A stretch of 59,140 nucleotides of DNA from contig MQRK01238311.1 in NCBI GenBank assembly GCA_001938485.1, forward strand, positions 1 through 59,140, written 5' to 3'. Positions 13,801 to 25,800 of this stretch are shown here, one piece after another. Under the pieces are notes generated by a model. That model saw only the letters and a list, made by a program, of their open reading frames with translations, was not told the origin of the DNA and ran no database searches. Position 1 is the stretch's first letter. Every line of letters starts with the position of its first letter. The DNA comes from Girardia tigrina. Its lineage: Eukaryota. A program made the translations under genes and the position numbers.

Positions 13801-16800
13801 AATATCTCATAAAAGTTTTAGAAAGAACTACCTTAATTTACTGCGGATAACCCGTTGGTTATACGGTGGAAAAAGACGACTTTTCGAAAAATTTAAGGGT
13901 TCGGGTTTTATACTAAACTTAATTTCCAAAAGGAACTTAATGACCAAAAAATGAGATGCGGATTATCACAGTAAACTAGGGTATCACACAATGTGTGATA
14001 TAATAAATCTACAGAAAACACTATTGAAGATATAAAAATGTTTCAAATTACTATAAAAAATGTCTTCTAAGGATCAAATGACGGTCACCCAAGCGAAATT
14101 TGTGTGATTCACACATATTTCGCTTGGGTGACCGTCATTTGATCCTTATAAGACATTTTTTATAGTAATTTGAAACATTTTTATATCTTCAATAGTGTTT
14201 TCTGTAGATTTATTATAACAGACGTTATTTCCATTTAGCAGATGTAATTTCGTTAAAATTTAAATTAAAACCTCTTTGCAACACATTAAAGCTTGGCATA
14301 TTCATGTTGATAGATGACAATTAAAAAAAAGCCTTATAAATATCAAAAGCTAACGCGTTACTTTGATTAATTTTTTTTACAATTTTAATCAATTCTTTTT
14401 ATAAAACTTGTTTAAACTTAAAGAACTATATTTTGTAAATAAGCTAATAATTATTAATACTTAAAACTCCAAATTGAAAGTTAAGATTTAGAGATAAAAT
14501 ATGTTCTTCGTCGAAAATTGTGATGATCATTAATTTTAAAGGTTTCTTCAACACTTTGGTTCATATTTCATGTTTTGCCTTTTTCCAAAAGTTTAATTTG
14601 ATACTGACCCCTTATGATGATTCTATTTAGTAATTCTATGGACCGGTTCACTATACGTAGTATTTGAAGTCTCATTCTGAGTAATCAATAAAGCATTGAC
14701 GCAAAAAATTGTTTTTAAAAGAAGAATCTTAATCCTTAAAACTAACAAAAACGAATTGTGTTCAATTAATCACGTTCGGAATTACCGTAATTATTAAAAT
14801 ATTCTTCTGGTATCCCTCTTATCTTTGTAATATCGGTTAATTAATCTATGGTATAGATCAATGGTGGGAGTAAATATTTATTTTTTATACACAATTTAAA
14901 GTAGGTTCAATTGAAACTATAAATGACTACTCCAATTAAGGTGCAAAATTATAATTACTGAGTAACATGCGGATCAAAGACCCCGTTTTATTTAGTCCTG
15001 TTGCATTAGATTATCGGAAAACCTTTGTAGATTTTCAAAAAATATTATCAGATCTACGGATAAGATACATAGTTTTCTTTTTCAATTTAAAAAATATATA
15101 ATATATATGTACAAAACTATATAGTTATTAATTCTATACTTGTTTTCGCTATCTGACATGGGTTGATCTATAAAGAGACTCTTAATTTACGATACTGCTA
15201 TTAAATTGGGAAGAATAACTGTGCCGATTCGGAGTGGTGATGAAAAAATTAAATTAAATAAAAAAAATGTATTGTTTAAATAAACAAGCGATAGAAAAAC
15301 TTTTTTAAAAAAATTGACAACATCGAAGCATTCAAGATGAAATTTTTATTATTTGAATCACAATTGAAAAATAATATCTCACCCTTTTCCATTGTTAAAT
15401 GAATTTAAGACAGCAATATGTAACAATTACAGCAAATATCCAAAAGAAATAAGAAAACTTATTTAGAATTATACAAATACACAATACTTTTGAAATATAT
15501 TCATCTCCCTTTATGTTGAAGTCGAGTCGGTCCTAGAATATCTTCAAATGGAACTGGTTGACTTACAATGTAACATTGAATTAAAACACATTTTGGAAAC
15601 CTCAGAATCAAAAATAGATTTTTATAAAACTTACGTCACAAAATAAAAAATTTTGAATTTGAGAAATCTGGCACAAAAAGTTTTTAGCGCTTTTGGTTCA
15701 ACTTACACCTACGAATCGTTTTTTAAAGGAAATTGACTAAACACAAAACACGGTCAAACATAATGGACGCTAACAGCCAATCCCAATTACGTTGTACAAG
15801 TACCCAAATAGAAATCGATTTGCAAGAGCTAAGTGGAAAACTATAGAAAAAAATATCGCACTAGTATAATAAGTATATTTTAATGACTTCATTTTTTATT
15901 TTATTTATTTTTATATATTTCTTTATAATATGCGTTTAGTATCTTTATTATTATATTATCTATGTTAATATTTAAGAATATTAGTAAACACGATAGTAAT
16001 AACTCATTAGGTTTCATTTTTTCACTAAATAAATATCTATAGTGGGTTAAAATCTAAAATGAAGATGCATAATTTTAAATACGGCCCACGGAGTAATGAT
16101 GGTTTTTAAAAGTGACCCGTAAGATCATTTGAGTTGGCCACCCCTGGTGTAGATAAACTTTGAATGTGAATTTTCTTTTTGAAACGTTACGTTTTTTTAT
16201 TGAACAAACGTTAACTGGTGTATGGTCGCCTTTTGTCTTTCCTTCAAGATTGGTAAGTCTTATATTTTATTACATATGTTAATGAACTGTGTCAATTCGC
16301 GATCGATGCGGTCGATTCACTCGGACCTTTTGCCGCCCAAATCAAGAGAATGTCGCACGATTAACTCGATCTTACGTACTGTGAGGTCTTCGGACAACGG
16401 GTCGACGAATTAACCGGATCTACCGCCAATAGAGATACAAGCAATCGCCATATATATGTCAACCCAGAACGGGGAACTCCTGCGAGTTGTTTCGAGAGCG
16501 GGAGCCCGAACCAAATCCAACCGTTGCCGCGCGGTCGAACCGGAGCATGGACACTCATAGAGTGCTCGAGCTACTTCTTCGACCGGCGAAACATGATCAA
16601 GAGGTGCTGGTCACCTCAATTCGGTCCGGTGGCCAGCACATCAATAACAAATACACTTTTACCAAATAATTAAATTTATTAACTCTAACAATTGATCAAA
16701 GTAAAACATTTTTAAATTTAAATTTATATTTCATAGATACATTTGCTTTTAAAATAGTTTTGAGATTGAAATCGAAAAGCAAATTTTGTCAAAATCTCTG

Positions 16801-19800
16801 GACAAAATTGTCAAAATATGAAGACTAATAGTTTATTCAATTTAACCCCAGGATACGCAATGTAATTAAGATGCTCATCTGAGATCGCCTTTGGATAAAA
16901 GAGCATATTAAATTAGTCATTTAATTTTAGAAAATATTTGTAAAATTTACATTATAAATTATTAAATTATGAACGTTCTAATTTGATAGATACATTCCTA
17001 AGGAATACGTATATAATATTCGTGTTAAAACAAAATAATATAAATTACACTAAGTATTTTTTTCTATAATAAATAAAATTTATATTATGACAACTTCTGT
17101 CATAATATCAACTTTGTAACCATTAATAACAGTTGATAAACAATTAAGAATATTTATGACCGTTAATTGATAACGAATAATTGAGATTTAGAAATCTGTT
17201 TGTACTTTATAATGAACATTTTGAGTAATTTATTAAATGATTTTCTTCAATTCAACATTATAGTATTAAAAGAAATTTAACTTTAATTAAAACTGTAAGA
17301 TTTATCATTTAAAAAGTTTGATTATAATAATTTATTAACAATCACAACTTCTGCCACACTCGAATATTAAAACAAAAGAGTTCAAGAGTGTAAAAGAGCT
17401 AACTGAAAACGTGTTTCAGTAAACTCCTTTAACGTAACAAAAAAATAAAGATAAATATGTATAAAACGTTTAATTTTACACAATATTAGTAAACATATAT
17501 AACAAAAAATCACATACGAGAGAGAGAACACCACGATTAAATCTCGATTTAGATTTGTGTTTGTCGTTCAAATGTTTCAAAGGAACGATCTTCAATTATA
17601 ACAATATCGATGGAAACGTCAGAGAATCATTCGGTTGCGCAGTGAGATTTTGAGAAAATAGATTACATGAAGAGGAGCACTTTCAGGGAGAATATTGATA
17701 AATTGGTTTGCACAAAATACAAAATAACATCCAGTCTTAGTTGATGATTAGTCGATTAACTGTCAAAAATTAACTCCGTCTGCTTACGCTGTTTGTATAC
17801 TGTTCCTCAGATGAGAATTGACGATTTATATAGGAATTTTAATGAGGGAAAATTAACGAATTGAGAACTACTTGGAATTATTGTAATATCTTCTAGTTTT
17901 CAAAATCCGGATAAGAACTTTTAAAAAGGAAGGAATAATTTGGATAAGGCTGTAGTAAGATTATATGACCAAATTCAAGTGTAATTAATTATTATTATTT
18001 GATCAATTTATCGATTGGTTTTATTTATATAATTTTATATTTATATATAATTTTATATATAATTTACTATATATAATTTATATATGATAATTGACTGGGT
18101 CATTACAAAGAGCATTAAAAATAAGATTACTTGGAATCATTTAAATACCACACATATATTATAATATTAAGTTAATAGATATTGATAGATATATATTTAA
18201 TTATCCTTGCGAAAACGGTTTTTATAATAATTTAATTCAGTTGACTTATTTCATGAGTCGAGAAACAGGCGTAAAAATTGGGGCGGGGTGATGACAATAA
18301 ATAAAAATTCAAATAATTTCCATTTTCAAAAATGAAAAAATAAATTACCCCCACCAAACATTCAATTTAAAAAAAAACAATGTTGTTCCATTGTATATAA
18401 TTGTAAAAGGTATAATGAAAAATTTATTAAAATCATATTGGGATAGTGGAGATCAAAGATCCCGATCAAGGAATTACAAATAAAAATAAATTAATACGAG
18501 TATATGTAATTATTACCGTTTCCAATTTAAATTAAATTTAGTTCAATTGAATTGAGATATGTTCAAATTAAATTAGGACGAAAAACTATTTAAGCTTTCT
18601 CATTCTTAAACTTTGAAAAATCGAACAAAATTTTGTGATTTACAAAAAGTTGTAATTTAATTTGAAACGATTATAAAAGTTTGGAATCTTAATAAAAAGA
18701 ATGAAAGAAGAACAATCTTATGAAGAACAATCCTGGGTCAAAATTCTTTCTTTCTGAGAACAATTTTAACGCGACTTTTCCCACAAATATGTCAAAGTTA
18801 TAAAAAAAATATAATTACATAAAATTTCAAAATTTTTGCAAATTTTTAAAGATTGTGAGAGACCAAAATAAAGTTAAACTAGATTAAAAGGATAACAAAA
18901 TTGAGTAACTATGAGGTTTCAATTAGACTAAGTTTTATATACCGATTTGAACATGAAAAGAAAAATCTTTTAACCCTTTCCAGCCCATTGTTGCCATATG
19001 GCAACATGTTTGAAAAATTAAATTACAGTTATCTCTTTTACCCAAATTAAATTTTACACATAGTAATAGTTTCTAAAAATTCTAATAGTTGACACTACAT
19101 ATAGGGTTGACCAAAAAGTCATTGCGTTTTTGAGTACGTCCTAATAAAAAGCTTGAAAATATAAAACAATGTGATAACATTTAAATTTAATTATATATTC
19201 TGAAACCTTAATTTTTAGACTATGTTTATACAAAATATTAATTGATTTCGTTTTAATTTATTACTTTACCGTCAATTCGAAATGGAAAATCAAAATGATC
19301 ATATTCGTCATGTTTTGTTGCATTATTTTTGCAAGGGAAAACCGCTGTGCAAGCTCATAAGATATGTTTTGTATATGGTAATGACTCCTTAAAACTTCGA
19401 CAGTGTCAATACTGGTTTTCTAAATTTCGTTCTAAAAAATTTCATCTGAAAAATGCACCACGCTCCGGTCGACCAGTTGAAGTTGATGGCGACAAAATAG
19501 TAGCACTGATCAAATCTAATCCACATATGACGACAAGAGAAGTTACAAAGACTCTGGAAATATCAAAATCAAGTGTTGGAAGTCATTTAAAGAAACTTGG
19601 ATTCGTCAGTAAACTCGATATGTGGTTACCACATGAACTGAAAGAAATTCATTTGGTGAAACGTATAGACATTNNNNNNNNNCTTTTGAAGCGAGAACAA
19701 AGTGATCCATTTTTGAAGCGCTTGATTATGGGTGACGAAAAATGGATTGTTTACAACAATGTGGAACGCCGACGATCATGGACAAAACGTGGTGAGCCTG

Positions 19801-22800
19801 CGAAACGATCCCAAAAGCAGAAATTCACCAAAAGAAGGTTATGCTTTCCGTCTGGTGTGATTTTAAAGGAATTGTGTTTTTTGAACTCCTTCCGAGGAAT
19901 GAAACCATCAATTCAAACAGATATTGTGGTCAGCTGGAGAAATTGGCTCATTCAATTCAACAGGAACGTCCTGAATTGGCAAATCGAAAATGAGTTGTAA
20001 TTCAGCATGATAACGCAAGATCGCATACAAGTTTTACCACTCGCCAAAAACTCTTATTACTGGGTTGGGAGGTTTTGCCGCACCCACCGTATTCTCCAGA
20101 CTTTCCCCAATCGGATTTTCACTTATTTAGATCACTGCTGAATTCCTTAAACAGAAAAACATTCGCCAGTGATGATGACATCAAATCGTTCTTAGACGGC
20201 TTTTTTGCTGACAAAGGCAAAGGTTTTTTATGAATCAGGAATAGTGAAGCTACCGGAAAGGTGGAAGAAAGTGATTGAAAATAATGGACAGTATATCGTG
20301 TAAAAATATTTGTGCATCCATGTCATTTTTTGATAATAAATATTTTAGTAAAAAACGCAATGACTTTTTGGCCAACCCAATATATTAGAATGCAAAAAAG
20401 CGCGATTCTCACTTGTTTCTTACCAAACAAAACAACAATAAAAATTTTTTTTTCAAAAATAATAATTTGGGCTGGAAAGGGTTAACTATGAATTCTAAAT
20501 GCATTTTAAATATCACTTTTTAATATTATTTTACCGAAAGTTAATTGTGCAAAATTTGTATTTTAAAATAAATTCTGATTTATGCTTATTACACTAACAT
20601 AATAATTATTTATTTAATTTTTAAAATATTAGAAAAGAAAATAAATGTGTAGCATTTGAATTTGAACAAAAATCAATTCAATTTGAAATATATATAGGAG
20701 CATTTCTCTACCGAAGGTTCGTGATCCATTTTTATCCACTCCGTATTTTTAGATTTCAGTATTTTCAGACCCTAAAATGTTTGGTCATGGGTGGTCAAAA
20801 AATTTTAAATGTTGATCTATAATATAGAAAATATGTTTATAATTGATATTTTACATTTGATGTTATTATATGGCATGCTTCATCAAAATCAACAGGGTCA
20901 ATGACTTTATCTCAGAAGCATCAGTTACGATTAACTAATCCGTGGATCAAATGGTACTGGAAGTTGTCGTATCATCATGGATGCGTAATACAATATTCAT
21001 ACAAAACTCGAAAGAAAATGTTTAACGTTTTTAATTTTTTTGTAATTGAAATAAATTGTTTTGTCTTTTTATTTTTATGGTAAAAGTACGTAAACGTTCT
21101 CATATAATTTATATGTATAGTTTGTCTACCGTTTTATTTTGCTATGATCGAATTCAATCTGATTTAATAAAGTCAATTTTATAAACGAAGATTAATACGT
21201 TTCCCACGTCGTTTTAGACAAAGAATATAAACGGCAACAGTTTAGTACGACTGAAGATGAAAGATCGATGCATGCTATCCGCTGGGATGGCGGCGAATTG
21301 CGAAAGGTTAAGATTCAATGTTCCTGATACAGAAAATAATTCTTTAACATAACCCAGGTTGACTGTGTTCATGATAGACGTTATGATGATGCTTATACAA
21401 TTCAAAAAGTTTATCCAGAATATTATCGCCCATTTAATTTTATTGCCGGTATTGTTCCATTTATAAGAAATTTATTAGAGGATGTAAGTTTAAAGATATT
21501 TTTTGTGTTTAATAAACTGTGGAATTCGGTTTTATAAAATTTTATTTATATTTTAAAAATAAAAAATATATTCTGAAAGGTTTGATATGTATGAGAGGTT
21601 TATGAGTATGTGTACAAAGACCCTTGTAAATTGTCAATTAGATATATTTTCGTTTGGAAACTCTTATTTCTGTAGTTCTTGTGAACTAATTGATAAAACT
21701 GATACCGATTTAAATCCCAGCTTTCCAAAAATTTGATGATATTAAAGATTGTGTATAAATGTAAATATTTTTAAATTTATGTTTCGAATAATATTTCAAA
21801 TTATAATTTATTTACTTATCAAATAAAATAAATAATGAATATTATAAAAAAAATCTAAGACCATTATTATTATATGAAAGTTTTATTATGTAGAATAAAT
21901 ATAATTATATATATTAATATTTTTTTAATTCACCTTTAAATTAAAAGAATATTTATTAGAAAATATAAATAACAAAACAAATAAATAATTTTAAAATAAA
22001 TAATTTAATAAATAATTTTTTATAGTATATTGTAAATAATCTTTTACATTTTTTTTCAAAACGAGTGAAATTAAATTTATGTCTAAATATACTAAGTTAT
22101 AATTAATATAAATTATACTAATACTTTAATAGTTTTTTTTTCATTTAAAAAATTATCAATATCTTTATTTTTACTTTATCAATCTTATCACTTAGTTGAA
22201 ATATCTTTTATATTAAATTTTATTTAATATTTTAGAAAACTAATTTTGTTAGCTTTTTTAAGAAATTGATTATTGAAGATGTTTTGGAACTTCATATTCC
22301 ATCATCATCAATGTCTCGAAACATGTACAATAATCAATTTAAAAAAACCTTTAACAAAATTATTTTTCAAAAATTTATGTATATATTTATTGGTAAAATA
22401 ATTTTTAATTATTGTACAGTCCTCTATAATTTGTTAGTATAATACATTGTATGATTGACCTGATTATTGGAATGCTATCTCGAAACGCAAAATCTTCATG
22501 TTATCCATTGTTAAACAATTGTTAATTAAAATATTTATTTATCTTTAAAAAAACGAGAAAAAAATAAACTAATAATAAATATTAGAATATAAATTGATTT
22601 TTGGGAGGTAAAACGGAGATATTTCTACATTGTAATTTACTTTTATATAAATTAAATAAAAGCTTATACTATAAATGACAAAAAATTTATCGTAGTTATT
22701 ATCATTATTTACATTTCACATTGTACTCTTGAAGTTCTTCCGGATCTCCGATACGTATTTCTGCGCGCGCGACTTGAACATGTCTACGCGGTCCGAGTTT

Positions 22801-25800
22801 TTCTGTTTGAGAATGTCGAGGATGCGCTTCATGCAGTCCTTGTTGTAGACCGTGTACTCCTTCAAGTACATGATTGACAAATATTTTTCGTTCGTCAAAT
22901 GATTTTTAAGATGAATTTTATTAATAATTAAAATAATTTTGTGTACTTCTAACTAAAAGTACAAATCTTGATTTTAAAATATCATAAATAATTGTTGTAA
23001 TTTAATATGTCATTGTTATTTTAGAAAATTAACTATTTTTCATTGAAATAACAACGATAATATGTAAATATCGAATACAAATTCTTTTATTTTTAATAAT
23101 AAATTCAGTGAAAACAGTCTTTCTATCTCATTCATTTTCACATTCAATTCTCTCTCGAAGAACTTTTTTGTTCTTTATAGTTCATATAATATAATTAGTA
23201 ATTTAGTGTGATCTTTCAATTATTTATTCTAAATATTTCAGTTTTTATTTGAATTATATTCATAAAATAATAATCAATTAATATAAATTTTTTATTCGAT
23301 AATATTTCAAACTCAGAATTACAATTTTGTATTCGAAAATTAGTGACTTGTAATGAAAATAAAAAGGATTATGTATAAAATTCGTGTGGATTCTCCATTG
23401 AAATATCGGACATGGCAAAATATTGCCAAGAACAGATCATTTACATCATACGCGATCCTGTGAATTTGAATTTAACTGTAAAAAATGATATTTTGCAATA
23501 GAAATTCGAATTTAAATGTGATTTGAAATCGAAATTAACAAGAAACAAAAGACAGAAAATATTATTTAACGTATTTATAAAAAATAATGCAATTTAGCTC
23601 CTCAAAAAATAAAAAAAATGTTATTAAAAAATCGTTATTAATTTAAAATATTTTTTTAATTATTAACAATTATTTTAAATCAAATTATACGAAAAATTAT
23701 TTTTTGTGAAATTTTATTTTCATTAATTTTAAATCAAATTTCAAGAAATTAATAAAAACAAAAATAATTTTAGTAAAATTTTATTTTTGATAATTTTTAT
23801 TTATCTAAAATATATATATATATATATTGAATGAGATATAAAAACTGTTCTCGATAATGTTAAGTAACATAAATTGTATTTGATATTTTCATATAGTAAT
23901 TTAAAATATATATTCAAATAATAATAATCAATTAATATATTTTTATTCAATAATATTTTTATGATTATTATTTAACTGATTTTAAAAATTTATTTATTTG
24001 GTAAAAAAATATTAGTTTATATATAAACGATGATTTTACATTATTTGAAAAAAATAATTTTACAGAAACATAAAACTATTTTTTATATTTATATTTATTA
24101 CAAAATAATGTATATGTGTTATGGAAATAATTTTCTTTTATGTTTGATAAACTATTTATATTTAAAATGACATAATATTTTTATATTAATTTTAGAAAAA
24201 TGAAAACTTAGCGAAATTATTTTTTGTGAAATTTTATTTTCATTAATTTTAAATCAAATTTCAAGAAATTAATAAAAACAAAAATATTTTTTTTGAGTAA
24301 AATTTTATTTTTGATAATTTTTATTTATCTAAAATATATATATATATATATATATATTGAATGAGATATAAAAACTGTTCTCGATAATGTTAAATAACAT
24401 AAATTGTATTTGATATTTTCATATAGTAATTTAAAATATATATTCAAATAATAATAATCAATTAATATATTTTTATTTAATATTTATAACTATAGCAATT
24501 GAGAATTGCAATTTTGTATTCGAAAACTTGTGACTTGTAATGGATATAAAAAGGATTATGTATAAACTTTGTGTTGATTCTGCATTGAAATATCGGAATA
24601 GGCGAACTATTACAAAGAACCGATCATTTATATCATGCATGACCCTCTATATTTGAATTAAACTGTAAAAATTGATGTTCTTACACGGAAATTTGAATTT
24701 GAATGTGATTTGAAATCGAAATCAACAAGAAAAAGACAAAATACTATTTACTGTATTTATATTATAATTCAATATTGTCGCCCAAAATGAAGATTAATGA
24801 GTATTTATATTAATTTTAAATATTTTTTATAAAACAATTATAATACATCAAATTTCAAAAAAAAATATTTTCTAATAAAATTTTATTTATGATAATTTTT
24901 AAATATTTAAAATCTCTAAATATTTTTAAAAAATTGATATTATTTTTTTATAATTATTAAAAAATTATTTTCTAATTACATTTTATTTTGTATTAATTTT
25001 AAATATTTAAATACATTTATTAATAATAAATTAAATAAAAAATAATGCAATATAAATCGTTTTTTTTCATGTTATTAAGTAATACAGAAATATTTCTCAA
25101 ACGTAATTTAATTGTAAAAAATAAATAAAATAAAATAATAAAAAAGTCCAAAAAAATAAATTTTATTTTTATTATTATTCCACATTGTCGAGGACAGTCG
25201 CCACAGATTCTCGCGCCTCAGTCTATTGAATCTCGCGCCCATTCTCACTGCAACGCAAACAAAACACCGTCAAACACAATCGACAAATCCAACAGAATAT
25301 CTCTCACGCATTTCTCCTCCTCGACTCCGTCCTTGAACACGATGAAGTACGGGGTGATCTGGTCCTCGCGGTAATTGCACAAAATGACCATCGCCTCGGG
25401 GTCCATGTGCTCGCCCGTGTAGAACTTGTACTCCTTGAAGTTCTTCAGGATCTCCGTCACGTATTTCTGCGCGCGCGTCTTGAACACTTCCACGCGGTCC
25501 GGGTTCTTCTGCTTGAGGATGTCGAGGATGCGCTTCATGTAGTCCTTGATGTAGGTCGTGTACTCCTTCTTCGTGTAGGCGGTCTCCACCAATCGATTCG
25601 CGTACACGATATCGATCTGCGTCTCGGTGGCGTCCGCGAACTCGTCCTCGGCCGACTCGGCCGATTTGTTGCCGCCGATCGCCTCATCGGGGATCCCGTT
25701 CTTGATCGTGATCGTTTTGCCGTCGAATTCGTACACGATATCGTCGATCAGTTTCATCGGATACGAGTCCGAGCTGAGTTCGTCACCTGAAATACGATGA

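Noticed and set aside
16222-16669. Three short overlapping ORFs in a GC-richer island
   Set aside because: No recognisable motifs; better explained as an LTR-like insertion.
23310-24770. Non-standard genetic code as an explanation for in-frame TAA/TAG/TGA
   Set aside because: ITPR and TCTP translate fully with the standard code, and most stops differ between the two copies, which fits decay.
25407-25790. 127-aa + strand ORF overlapping TCTP
   Set aside because: Antisense shadow of GC3-rich TCTP codons; no independent coding signal.
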